A stretch of 64,000 nt of DNA. Source: an uncultured Methanosarcinaceae archaeon. Lineage in GTDB: Archaea; Halobacteriota; Methanosarcinia; Methanosarcinales; Methanosarcinaceae. The notes beneath the pieces were generated by a model. That model had not been told where the DNA came from. It saw nothing but the letters and a program-made list of their open reading frames with translations, and searched no databases. Of this stretch, positions 52,268 through 62,850 are shown one piece after another (within the stretch, counting starts at the first letter, position 1; every line of letters begins with the position of its first letter). The DNA lies in contig CAWJYV010000010.1 in assembly GCA_963847185.1 (NCBI GenBank), forward strand, positions 96,001-160,000. Direction: 5' to 3'. The position numbers and the translations under genes are program-made.

Positions 52268-53689
52268 TTATTTTGTAACAGCTTCCGCATCAGGGATTTT
52301 TTCCATAATTTCTTCTTTTTTTGACCCATCAATATATGGAACAAGTGAAGAAAAAGCCTGAACCTGTCTATATCTGGATTCAATCCCCACCGCCAGCTCA
52401 AGAGCTTTCTCAAGAACTTCTTTTTGCCTGGATCCGTCAAGATGCTGGATTATAAATGAAAGAGCTTCAGGTCTCATATCTTTATCTTTAAGGTTGAAAG
52501 CCAGTTGAAGAGCTTCTTCTATGGCTTCTTCTTTTCTTTGCCCGCTCAGATACGGGATAATTAAAGAAAAAGACTCTATCTTTAAATAATCGGATTGAAT
52601 TCCTGAGATAATCTCAAGAGCTTTGTCCAGAATTTTTTCATTTTTTGAACCGTACACATGAGGGACAAGAGAGGATAGAATCTGAAACTTTGCATCATCA
52701 TATTTAATAAAGAATGTACAGGCAAAGATATTTTCAAGAAGCCTTTCCTTTCCCTTTCCTCTGAGGTGCGGCAAGAGTGAAGAAAGAACTGCAGCTCTTT
52801 CATCTTCATCCTGAATATTGGCGGCAGAATAGAGGGCTTTTTCTATGAGCTCTGTTCTTCCAGGACCATCCAGGTAAGGAATAAGCAGAGAAAGGGCATG
52901 GGACCTTAAATCACCGTATTCAATTCTGGAAGCAAATTCAAGGGCTTTTTCCAGATATTCTTCTTTTTCCGGTCCCTCAAGCTGAGAGATAAGCGAGAGA
53001 GTTGTCTGGAGTTTTTGAGCCTCACCTTGCCCTTTAAATTTCATTTCTGCAATTTTTGCCATTCGAATGCTGCTGGGACTGCCATCAGTTACAATTCCTT
53101 GATTAAGTTGAACGTGCGTGTATTGACTCCGAAGATTTCTAATATTTATACCGTTTTCACTTGCAACTCCCAGATCAGAATTTATCTTATTAGCATTCGG
53201 AATTTCGAACTGCTCTAAATCCTTAGCAACACTTTTTGCCAGAAATCCTTCAAGCAGCTTATTAAATTCCTCAAATATTTTATTTTTATCAGTTGAGTTT
53301 TGTGCTACAAGCCTGACAGAACTCTCTTGTGATAGAATTTTCTGTGTTACCTCATCTTCCATAAAAGACGAAACTCCTATAGCTAAATCAGGATCCTGTT
53401 CAAGCAGTTTCAAAATTTCCTGAACCATAACCTGTTTTACCTCAGGATCATAGGGTGCAACAACCATATTACCTGCGGCTTCTCGTAATTCAGGCGTTTT
53501 TCTTGAATATAACTTTTCCCATAATTTTCTCTTGCGTTTCCATATATCATGCCCTATTTTTTTGACAGCTTCCTCAGCCGCCTTTTTAGATCCGATTACA
53601 AGATAAGGGATTACAGGTTCGATGAAATCTGTCACTTGTTGTGCAAGTTGCTTCATTATTATGTCCTGTTGCTGCATTGTTTCACCCAT
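52268..53689 (-). CDS. Helical N-terminal domain plus about six 38-aa HEAT/TPR-like repeats
   Basis: Repeats EKALE.A..I.....R..ALS.L.P.LDG; no Walker motifs. Confidence 0.8.
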   Translation of the reverse strand: MGETMQQQDIIMKQLAQQVTDFIEPVIPYLVIGSKKAAEEAVKKIGHDIWKRKRKLWEKLYSRKTPELREAAGNMVVAPYDPEVKQVMVQEILKLLEQDPDLAIGVSSFMEDEVTQKILSQESSVRLVAQNSTDKNKIFEEFNKLLEGFLAKSVAKDLEQFEIPNANKINSDLGVASENGINIRNLRSQYTHVQLNQGIVTDGSPSSIRMAKIAEMKFKGQGEAQKLQTTLSLISQLEGPEKEEYLEKALEFASRIEYGDLRSHALSLLIPYLDGPGRTELIEKALYSAANIQDEDERAAVLSSLLPHLRGKGKERLLENIFACTFFIKYDDAKFQILSSLVPHVYGSKNEKILDKALEIISGIQSDYLKIESFSLIIPYLSGQRKEEAIEEALQLAFNLKDKDMRPEALSFIIQHLDGSRQKEVLEKALELAVGIESRYRQVQAFSSLVPYIDGSKKEEIMEKIPDAEAVTK

Positions 53690-54039
53690 CTCCTAACGAG
53701 ATACTTCATATTATACGTCCTTTTTTATTTAGTCCCAGAATACATTGATGAAAGGAATACACACTATCATATCCGAATAGAAAATATATACATCAAAGCA
53801 TATATAAAATTCAGCAGACAATCCTGAATATGGCAGAATCAAAAATTCTGAAAATAATAAAATTTAAATTTGAAACAATATAGTAAAATAATATAGAAAG
53901 AATAACCACAAGAGATGAAATTCATAATTTAAAAGGTAGTCTCGAAAATAAATTTTTCGAAATTATTATCATCTGGACTTACCAATATGCTGTAACACTA
54001 ATAAATATTTTACACATTCGTCAATGTTTTGTACATTCA

Positions 54040-55740
54040 TTAATATTTTCTACATTTTCCTTTTATGAAAATTACAGAAACCCCGGGGAAGGTAAGTTTT
54101 TTCCGAATGATTTCCGAAAGCTCGGGATTGAAGATCTCTTTTTCTTCGTTAAATCTTATTTCCTTTTCACTTCCAGCCCTGTCCTGTATATTTTCTTCAC
54201 TGGCACCAACATCGAAAACTAAGACGTCAGAGGTTATTGCTTCTACCACTTTCCTGAGATCAGGAACCTCCTGCCCTCCTGTCATAGCTGCAACCTCATT
54301 CTGGAGTATTAATACAAGCACATCGAACCCTGCAGTCGAAGCGCTGATGAGCCCCAGGATTCCCGAATGCGCCAGGGCAAAGTCCCCGATCACAGCTATA
54401 CCCTTTTTCTCAAAACCACAGGCAACAGAGATTGCAGAGCCAAGGGCAAAGCTTACATCAACTGCTGCTAGGGGCTCAGGAGCACTTCGGACTGAACAGC
54501 CCATATCGCCTGCAATTCTCACGTCAAGTGTGCTGAGGAAGTGATAAAGTGAAAGATAAGGACAATCGTCGCAGATGGTAGTTCGTTCGGCTTTGAGGAC
54601 AGCAGTGCCCGCAGGTTTCAAAATCTCCTCTTCCTCAATGTGCTCAAGGGCAAACTCGAGATCCTCAGGCCTGATCTGCCCGTAGGGGAGGTGACCTGTT
54701 TTTTTCCCATAGACATTCCCTGCGATTCTGATCTGTTCTTCTATAAAAGGTTCGGATTCCTCAACCACGAGAATTTTTTGATTAAATTCCAGAAAAGCCT
54801 TTATTTTTTCAAGGGGAAGCGGGTTTACAAGAGAAAGGGAAAGATGAGAGACTACAGAATAGAGCTCCTGACTTTTTCTGGCTTCTTGATTACTAAGACT
54901 CTCCTGATTTTTAAGATTCCATTGGCTTTCAAAATTTCCTTCGCTTTCAATGTCCTGCTTTCTCAACATATTTTCTACGATTGAGGACATAAAGCCCGAG
55001 GAAATGATTCCTACCCGTCCGTGGTTTGAACCGGATTCTTTCTCTTTATTGGTATGTTTTCTTCCATTTCCCGGTCTATTCAGGTCAGTATTTTCAGCTT
55101 CTGCCTCAAGTAAAGGATAGGCTCTGGAATGGAAAAGCTGGTGCTTTTCAAACATCCGATTTTTCCAGATTGATCGGTCAAATTCAGGATGAGGAGCAGA
55201 GGCTTCCGGAAGGCGCTTTATTTTTCCTTTACTTTTTTCCAGATCTGCTGTGACCCTGAGGAGAACTGGAGTCCTCGTCTCTTCCGAAAGCTCGTAAGCC
55301 CTTCTTAAAGCCCTGTATGCAGTATCCTGATCAGTCGGATCAAACACAGCTATTTCTGCAATCTTTCCATACCAGCGAGAGTCCTGTTCATTCTGAGAAC
55401 CTTTTGCGCCAGGATCGTCGCCTGCAATTATAACAAGACCAGCTCCTATTGTATGTGTAACCGAGGTTATAAGGGGGTCCGAAAGCAGGTTCATTCCAAC
55501 GTGCTTTACAAGAACAAGGGCTCTTTTTCCTGAAATCGATGCTCCGAGAGCTATTTCCAGGGCAACTTTTTCATTTGTGAACCATTTGGCTCTGTAGGCA
55601 TGATAGTTTTTTTCCAAAAATAGTTCCATCAGGGAGGTAATAGGATACCCGGGAACGCCTGTAACCAAACTGACGTCACTGTCAAGTGCTGCAAGGTAGA
55701 GGGCCTGGAATCCGGTATATTCCTCTGTTTCTTCTTTCAA
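54040..55740 (-). CDS. TPP-dependent 2-oxoacid oxidoreductase alpha-like (IorA-like), no adjacent beta subunit
   Basis: GVPGYP, NEKVALE, KHVGMN, SQNEQDSR, GDMGC, IGDF..HSG, AMTGGQ. Confidence 0.85.
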   Translation of the reverse strand: MKEETEEYTGFQALYLAALDSDVSLVTGVPGYPITSLMELFLEKNYHAYRAKWFTNEKVALEIALGASISGKRALVLVKHVGMNLLSDPLITSVTHTIGAGLVIIAGDDPGAKGSQNEQDSRWYGKIAEIAVFDPTDQDTAYRALRRAYELSEETRTPVLLRVTADLEKSKGKIKRLPEASAPHPEFDRSIWKNRMFEKHQLFHSRAYPLLEAEAENTDLNRPGNGRKHTNKEKESGSNHGRVGIISSGFMSSIVENMLRKQDIESEGNFESQWNLKNQESLSNQEARKSQELYSVVSHLSLSLVNPLPLEKIKAFLEFNQKILVVEESEPFIEEQIRIAGNVYGKKTGHLPYGQIRPEDLEFALEHIEEEEILKPAGTAVLKAERTTICDDCPYLSLYHFLSTLDVRIAGDMGCSVRSAPEPLAAVDVSFALGSAISVACGFEKKGIAVIGDFALAHSGILGLISASTAGFDVLVLILQNEVAAMTGGQEVPDLRKVVEAITSDVLVFDVGASEENIQDRAGSEKEIRFNEEKEIFNPELSEIIRKKLTFPGVSVIFIKGKCRKY

Positions 55741-55794
55741 GCTTATCCCCGATTTTTAACTTGTATAAAGCCTTTATTAAGAACTAAGTCTTTT

Positions 55795-56781
55795 TTAAGA
55801 GCTGCTTTCAGTTTTTTCCATGCTAAATGGTTTTATTTCAGTACCTGGAACGATAGATTCTTCAGGCCTTCCGAACCAGGGAAGGGAAGCAAGTGCACCA
55901 ATTACCCCGTTGCCGTCCAGCAGAACTTCCACGCCGTTTTCTTCTGCACATTTCAGAGCATCGGCTTTCGAGACCCTTTCAGTCCTGCAGCGGTTACTGT
56001 ATCCATACATCCCTTTTGCGTAAAAATCAGACAGAACAACCATTCCTGTCTGGCCTGAAGCACTATATTTTTGAAGTGCCCTTTTGAACGCTTTTGTGAG
56101 CCTGGATTTAGCATTCTGATCCACACAGCCAAACTCAAGCACTGTAGACATGCAATTCTGGGTTTTTTCCGGGACCGGGAAGAGCTGGACAAGAGAATGA
56201 GAAAGATAAACGGCTTCAGGACAGTCAATTTCCTTTGCGATATTATGTGTCAGGGTCCATGTAGCTCCCGTATCTTTAGAATCCGTATCATCTATACCTA
56301 TCAGGACACGGTCTCTTCGAGGAACTACAATTGTTCCTCTGGCGCATTTTTCTCCTCCTGATTCGGAAATATTATAGCTAAGAACTCCATCAGCAAAAGC
56401 TCTACAACGAGTTGCGCCCACGCCTCCGCCCCCTAAACCAGCATATGTAATTTCAACTTCATCTCCTTGAACGATAACAGATTCAATACCTGCAGCTGCC
56501 ACCGAGGCCTTTAATTCAAGTTTTGAGGTTCCGGTTTTCATGAAATAACGGATCATATTTCCGTTTGAATGGGCCTTCAGCACAAGGGGAGCTTTCGAAT
56601 AATGGTAGAGGGACCAGGCAGCTCCGCTGTAGCAGTTGGAATGCTCAATAACCTCAGCATACTCATTTTTCGCGTCACAGACTGCATAAATACCCCTGTA
56701 AGGTACGGTATAAGGGTCATCCAGAGTTATTTCTTCAATATCTCTGTTGTCCAGAGCACAGGCGTTTATATGTTTTGTAAT
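55795..56781 (-). CDS. Methanogenesis marker protein 11 (TiaS-related IGIDDTD domain); probable ATT start
   Basis: Open frame upstream of 56583 encodes DPYTVPYRGIYAVCD...EHSNCYSGAAW; YAGLGGGGVGA; IGIDDTDS; GGAGGT 6 nt before ATT. Confidence 0.85.
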   Translation of the reverse strand: MTKHINACALDNRDIEEITLDDPYTVPYRGIYAVCDAKNEYAEVIEHSNCYSGAAWSLYHYSKAPLVLKAHSNGNMIRYFMKTGTSKLELKASVAAAGIESVIVQGDEVEITYAGLGGGGVGATRCRAFADGVLSYNISESGGEKCARGTIVVPRRDRVLIGIDDTDSKDTGATWTLTHNIAKEIDCPEAVYLSHSLVQLFPVPEKTQNCMSTVLEFGCVDQNAKSRLTKAFKRALQKYSASGQTGMVVLSDFYAKGMYGYSNRCRTERVSKADALKCAEENGVEVLLDGNGVIGALASLPWFGRPEESIVPGTEIKPFSMEKTESSS

Positions 56782-56936
56782 TAGAAGACCTCCTTCTTAA
56801 GAGGAATAGGAAGTGAGAAGGATATTCATTTGATTGAAAAGCCCATCTCTTATACATTATATACAGATATGTTATAGTAAATTAAGATCTCAAGTCGTTT
56901 TACTCAATTTACATATTGAGTTAATTTTAAAAGTTC

Positions 56937-56988
56937 AAGAGTTAGAATCTGACGCTACGATTTAAGAGTTAGAATCTGACGCTACGAT
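56937..56988. repeat. Tandem duplication of 25 bp (AAGAGTTAGAATCTGACGCTACGAT), period 27
   Basis: Exact copies at 56937 and 56964. Confidence 0.9.
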
Positions 56989-57759
56989 ATTAGATTGGCT
57001 TATAAATATAAATCCTTCGCAAAATAAGAGATATGCATATCTAGTATCCATGCAGAAGTACACAGAGTGGGTTGGAAAAATGGGTCGTGGGTATAAGTTA
57101 TCGATCAAGTCCGAAAAAGTGAGTACATTTCCTTTATATTGGGAAAATGTAGAGAGATTTTTATGCTTACAATTTTCAATGACTAATTCCCACCACCAAG
57201 AAGTAAGCTTATAGTGAAAACAGATGCCCTGCTAGCAAACGAAATTTAATACAAAATTTCACTTGACTATACTATTCCTGACTGAATAAAAGAGATTAGA
57301 ATTATCCGGAATGGGTAAACCGGATATTTGAAAAACATTCAAGCTCCCTCATGCGTTTGAAGTTGTTCTATACTAGCAGCTTAAACCCTGAGACTGGAGT
57401 TACTCCCGAGCTTCGGGAGGAAACATATTAAATCAATTTTCTTCTTGATATCCAGCTTGCCTCATAATGATAATGCCAGAATTTGTCCAAAACGTTTTTA
57501 TATTTAGTCACTGAGGTACTTCACCGAAAATTTGGGGGAAGGCTCAAAGATATTGAATAAGTGAGTTTCTTTCAAGTTTTAAGAAAAACGCTAATTCAAT
57601 GTGCTCAGCTGTCATTGGGATAGCTAAATTGCTTACAATGCTTTGAGTTAGTAGAGCTCAAGTAGGTTTTGTGAGCAGCACATAAAAACAGATTACCAGC
57701 TTCGAGAAAAGGACTCACCCAAAGTCTGTCGAATGCTATATTACAGTTACAAAGGTGGA

Positions 57760-58100
57760 TAAACCCTGAATCCGCCTTTTATAATTCAACGCAGAATCTT
57801 ACCCAAGATTCACCCTAATCCCTGAGATTCCAGGGTTAAACCTAAAGTCCAACCTGCGATCCACAGGGGTCCTCCCAGATTCAACCCAGGGTCCCACTTC
57901 GATTACTATACTCGACAAACCCAGTTCAGATTCGAAGTCAGGACTCAATCCAGGATTCACCCAAAATCCTACCTCGAATTATTCTAGATTTGACCCAATA
58001 TCTAGGTTCGAATTCAGGATTTATTCAGGATCCAACACCGAATCCCAATCTGGAAATTGACCCTGGATCCAATCGAAGATCTACCTCCGATCCAATCCAA
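57760..58100. repeat. Degenerate approximately 12-bp periodic tract (ACCCARGATTCA-like)
   Basis: Recurring ACCC/ATCC...GATTC/AATCC units without a long ORF. Confidence 0.45.
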
Positions 58101-58505
58101 AAGGCCGTTAAATTATGCAGATTGTTAGAGAGAAACCCCCGATAGACCTTGTCTTCAAAGTTAGCTCATGGGCACTCAGACAAGAAGTTGAGCAAAAAGA
58201 CAGAAACACTGATTCATTTGAAATTTACAGCTGTTTAAAGGAATTCGAAACAGCAAACTTTGAAACCCGAAACCCTAAAATGAGATTTTTAGTTCCACTC
58301 AGTCCCAGTACCCTATCTGGGGATATATGTAAGGTTGAAGAGTCAGGTTTAGATTTTCTGCATGTTGCAGAGAACAACTCTTTAGATTCTAATCTTAAAT
58401 TGACCGAAGATAGCTTGCAAATTTTTACTGGCTTGGAGACAAAATCCTGCTCCTGCTGGTTAGCCCTGGAAAACAGGAATTAAGGGCGTAAAAACGGGTG
58501 TTAAC

Positions 58506-60050
58506 ATGCCAGTTAACCAATCGGTCAATAGGATAGTTTCAGGTTCCACTGTAATACTTGCAGGAACCTTTATCGGAATGCTTTTAGACATCCTTATTAA
58601 AAAAGTACTTACATCCCATCTCTCCCCATCAGACTTTGGTGTATATTCCCTTGCACTTACAGTTATTTCAATTACAGGTGCAGTTGCAACTCTTGGACTC
58701 AATGAAGGAGTGCCAAGATATATTGCGTTTTTCAGGGGCAGAAATGAGGATCAAAAAATACATGAGCTTATAATATCAGCCATAATTATGGGCTTGCTTA
58801 CAGGCTTGCTTGCTATCCTTGTCTCACCATCATTGTTTCACAGTCTAGCAGGAGAGGGATTTGATACACAGGGGAAAATTTTTTCCGTAGTCAAAATCCT
58901 AGTGTTTGCAGTTCCTTTCACCATACTCCTGAATCTGACAGTAGCCATCTACAGGGGATTCGACCATACAAATGTAAATATGTACTTCTACAATATTATA
59001 AGGCCAGTCTCTCTGCTCGGATTTGCTTCAGCTGCCGTATTCGTCGGAGTTTCATTAAAAGGAGTCGTACTTGCAGATTTACTTTCAATGGTCTTTACCT
59101 TTGGTATAATGGCTCTATACTTTATAAAGAGACCACCAATTAAAACGGAATGGAAGCTTAAATTCAGCGAGCCCACAAAGCAGCTAATAAGATATTCATT
59201 CCCGCTCTTGATAACTGCAACTCTGCTGAATCTCATGAGCTGGATAGATACCATAATGCTTGGCTACTTCAAATCAGCTGAAGTAGTTGGAGTTTACAAT
59301 GCAGTATACCCTATTGTTGGGTTTCTGTCCCTGGTAATAGCTTCCATGGGTTTTGTGTACGTTCCTGTGGCTTCAAAGCTCTGGGGTCTTAATAACACTG
59401 AACCAATTGGCTCTATTTACGCAGTAATGACCAAGTGGTGCTTCCTGCTTACATTCCCAATCTTTGCACTGGTGTTCGTGTATCCTGAGTTTCTTATCAC
59501 GAAACTCTACGGAGCTCAATATGTAGGTGGTGCTACTGCCCTGCGCATCCTTGCTATGGGATTCATAGCAAATTCATACTTCGGATTTAACTACCATACT
59601 TTATTAGCGTCTGGAGATTCGGATTTCCTGATGAGATGTTCGGTAGCAAGTGCAGGACTTAACGTCATTATTAACTTCATGCTGATACCTGAGTATGGCA
59701 TGGTAGGTGCAGCTATAGGGACTGCCGTATCATATGCATCTATCGAAGTCTTAATGACTTTAAGAGCCTGGAGAAAGCAGAAAATGCATCCCTTTACTTC
59801 AATGTACAGGAAATTAACTGCTGTTTGTATTTTCATGGTTGTATCCATGCTTGCAGCGAAAAACGTGCTTATGCTTACAGGGGCAATCTGGGAGTACGTA
59901 ACTTTCATAGTTGTGTATTTCCTAATTGTTCAGCGTACCAATATACTGGACAAAGTTGAAATGGATATGATAGGAGATCTCCGAAAGCTCATTAGGCAAA
60001 ATGTAAGTACTTCCATCCCAAAGACACTTAAACACTTGAATCATGACTAA
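58506..60050 (+). CDS. Polysaccharide flippase (Wzx/MOP family)
   Basis: LSPSDFGVYSL, LGLNEGVPRY, IDTIMLGYF, VGVYNA, LIPEYGMVGAA; about 14 TM. Confidence 0.9.
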   Translation: MPVNQSVNRIVSGSTVILAGTFIGMLLDILIKKVLTSHLSPSDFGVYSLALTVISITGAVATLGLNEGVPRYIAFFRGRNEDQKIHELIISAIIMGLLTGLLAILVSPSLFHSLAGEGFDTQGKIFSVVKILVFAVPFTILLNLTVAIYRGFDHTNVNMYFYNIIRPVSLLGFASAAVFVGVSLKGVVLADLLSMVFTFGIMALYFIKRPPIKTEWKLKFSEPTKQLIRYSFPLLITATLLNLMSWIDTIMLGYFKSAEVVGVYNAVYPIVGFLSLVIASMGFVYVPVASKLWGLNNTEPIGSIYAVMTKWCFLLTFPIFALVFVYPEFLITKLYGAQYVGGATALRILAMGFIANSYFGFNYHTLLASGDSDFLMRCSVASAGLNVIINFMLIPEYGMVGAAIGTAVSYASIEVLMTLRAWRKQKMHPFTSMYRKLTAVCIFMVVSMLAAKNVLMLTGAIWEYVTFIVVYFLIVQRTNILDKVEMDMIGDLRKLIRQNVSTSIPKTLKHLNHD

Positions 60051-60130
60051 CTGCCGTAATTAACAACGGCATATCTCTTTTAGAGATGCCGACATTTGAT
60101 TTTTTTACTTATTCTAACTGAAGAGACTTA

Positions 60131-60258
60131 AGGCCTATCCTAAAAGTGGTTACTTGCTGTAACTTTCACAATTTTCAATATGTAAAACCAAAGGACTACT
60201 CTGAGATTATGTGCTGATTGTGACTTTTCAACATGCCACTGACTTTTCGGATAGGCTT
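60131..60258. mobile_element. MITE-like element
   Basis: Imperfect TIR AGGCCTATCCTAAAAGT / ACTTTTCGGATAGGCTT; no ORF. Confidence 0.6.
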
Positions 60259-60626
60259 TTATATGTAAATGCAATTTTGAGAACAGAACTTGCTTCCTAA
60301 ATTTCGGATAGATTCATTGAGTTTAATATTCCTCTCTTATATAAAAAACTCAAAACTTATTTTCTTATACTAAAATGACTTGATGCAAATAGTATCAACC
60401 TCATAGTTTTCTTCTTTTTTACCTACTCATAATCGTCGAAGTTTATACTATATTTAGTTCTGTTTTGCCCCAGCTTTACAATTTTTATCCTGTGGAGTTA
60501 AATGCCAGCAGTTTACTGAATTTTTATTTTCATTTATACTCCATTCTTTGCGGAAAAAACAATTTTTGAAAAAATTTAATAAGAGATGATTAATAAAAGT
60601 TCAATACATTATAAGCTAGGGGAAAC

Positions 60627-61457
60627 ATGAGCCGGGAGTACATAGCAAATTTGGTTATCAAAACAGTAAAGGAATGGCTGGAAGACGATGCAATGACTTA
60701 TAGCGCCGCGCTGGCATTTTATTTTGTATTAAGTATTCCTGCTCTATTGTTATTCTCGGTATCTATAGGAAGCATTTTTTTGAAATCGGAAAATATCCAG
60801 AGCACAATACTCGATAACCTGCATGGAGTTGTTGATGAGAGAGTAATAAATATGGTGGTCTTGCTTTTCGAAAGTATTCCGGAAATTAACTCTCTTTCGA
60901 TAAGTGCATTAATAGGTCTTATACTTCTTCTCTGGAGTGCAAGCAACATCTTCAGGCAACTGAGAAATTTTCTTGAGAGAGCCTGGGATATTAAGCCTGC
61001 TGAATCCAGAGGTGTCAGAGATTTCATAAAAAACACGATCATATCTTTCATTTTTGTCATCACTTTTGGCGGGCTACTGATAATAAGTATAATTGTCGAG
61101 GGAGTTATATACATGAGCTCAAGCCTTTTTCATGAAATTTTGCCATTCTCACCTTTAATAGCTAATTATGCAGGTTCCATAGCCAGTTTCCTGATTCTTG
61201 TTTTCTTTTTCATGCTTGTATACAGAGTTCTTCCTAATACAAAACTTGATTTCAAAGCTGTTTTTGTAGGATCGCTTGTAACAGTAATACTTATAACAAT
61301 AGGAAAATATGCCGTTGGACTTTTTTTCACATACAGTAACCCTACAAGCGTTTATGGTGCAGTAGGATCGATAATAGGATTATTTCTTTTAATTTTTTAT
61401 TCTTCAATCATGATGACAATTGGTGCAGAGTTCACAAAAGTTTATTCAGAATCTTAG
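60627..61457 (+). CDS. YihY/virulence factor BrkB family membrane protein
   Basis: SAALAFYFVLS.P, LLWSAS, YGAVGSII, GAEF. Confidence 0.9.
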   Translation: MSREYIANLVIKTVKEWLEDDAMTYSAALAFYFVLSIPALLLFSVSIGSIFLKSENIQSTILDNLHGVVDERVINMVVLLFESIPEINSLSISALIGLILLLWSASNIFRQLRNFLERAWDIKPAESRGVRDFIKNTIISFIFVITFGGLLIISIIVEGVIYMSSSLFHEILPFSPLIANYAGSIASFLILVFFFMLVYRVLPNTKLDFKAVFVGSLVTVILITIGKYAVGLFFTYSNPTSVYGAVGSIIGLFLLIFYSSIMMTIGAEFTKVYSES

Positions 61458-61847
61458 AGGCCGTCTTAAGATTCAAACCATTTCTACACCTGGATTGGAC
61501 ATTGTTGCTTTTAAATTCAGACTGCAAATTCATTATACAGGACTTGCTTTCTCGATGTATAAAATCAAATACATTAAATAATGGCAGTGTGTAGATTTTT
61601 CTGTAAAATCACAATTTCAAAAAGTTGCTGAGTAGAAAATTACATATCGGAAGATCAATTGTTCTCATCTTACACAAAAAATTGACTTCAAATTTACAGC
61701 AAATTCACTACACTGCCGAATAACTATTGTAAGAACTTTTATATCTTTTGAAAATAATATATAATGTGTACGCGAAAATTATATGTTAATAATGAGTTTC
61801 TGAAAGGCTTTCTGTCTGATTGTCTTTTATATAGAGGGGGAAAATAT

Positions 61848-62318
61848 ACGGATTTCAAAAAATTGTTTAAGAATAAAAGTGGAGTATCACCTGTTCTTGG
61901 TGTCATTATGATGCTTGCAATAACTGCAATCCTCGTTGCAATAGGTGTATCAAGCGTTGCCAACATGGAGCCTACCTCTTCTTTATCGGGGGTAAGTATT
62001 GGAATTGCAGCAAATTCTACTGCTACTGACACTGCCCCCGCATCTGTAAAACTCGAACACCTTGATGGGGCTCCGATTGAATTTGGAGACTCAACATTAA
62101 CGAAAGTTACAGCGTCTCTTAATGGAGGCGAGACTGTTATAATTAACGCTACCTGTATTAACACTTTGAGTATAGGTGATGTCAGGATACTTCCTTTAAC
62201 ATCGGATGGCACTACAAACGCTTTTGGAAAAGGCCCGGTGTCTGGTGATACTGCCACTATTAAAATTATCGATCTGAAGGCAAATCAAATCATAAGCGAC
62301 AGCGATGTTATGTTCTGA
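61848..62318 (+). CDS. Archaeal type IV pilin-like protein (DUF1628); ACG at the expected start position
   Basis: KSG/VSPVLGVIMMLAITAIL class III signal, LEHLDG; GGGGG SD 7 nt before ACG. Confidence 0.75.
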   Translation, partial: TDFKKLFKNKSGVSPVLGVIMMLAITAILVAIGVSSVANMEPTSSLSGVSIGIAANSTATDTAPASVKLEHLDGAPIEFGDSTLTKVTASLNGGETVIINATCINTLSIGDVRILPLTSDGTTNAFGKGPVSGDTATIKIIDLKANQIISDSDVMF

Positions 62319-62850
62319 ACATAATTTATCCGTAAACAGGTGCCGAAAAAGGTGCCATGACATTTCAGACGGAACTCGAATCAAGCCAGTAAACTGTATA
62401 TAATCTGCATCTCTCTTACATGCACAAAAGCCACATGGCAAAGCCGAAGATGAGGGTATATGTGTACCTGCTCAGTTTGTCTTGAAGAAGGAGAAGAAGA
62501 GGTATGCAATGTTTTTGACACAGTAGACAGAGGGATTGTGTTTGTGGACGATTTGAACTGGAAAGGTGTAGAAAATTGGAATTCTCTTTTATATTCAATA
62601 TTGGGGGAGAGTATATCCCAAGAAACATGCTTCATGGAAGCGTGATGTATAATCCTGTGGAAATAGTTAAAAATTATGGGATATACTGGAATTAAGTTTT
62701 CTTTCGTCAGTGACCTATTTGATTGGATAATAGGCTCACTGATTCAGAAGAGCAGGGTAGCAATCACTAAAAAACGGGCTCTAAGGCAGTAACCCATGTA
62801 AGAGTAACAAGGAATGTTACTAATGATTGAACTGTATAATCCGCAAACTC

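Noticed and set aside
58115-58483. 122-aa ORF upstream of the flippase
   Set aside because: No SD or recognisable motif; cannot be supported as coding
27603-61457. TAG-ending ORFs (27603, 28000, 61457) as pyrrolysine readthrough candidates
   Set aside because: Readthrough adds only 3-4 residues, or runs antisense into another gene; no conserved downstream domain seen
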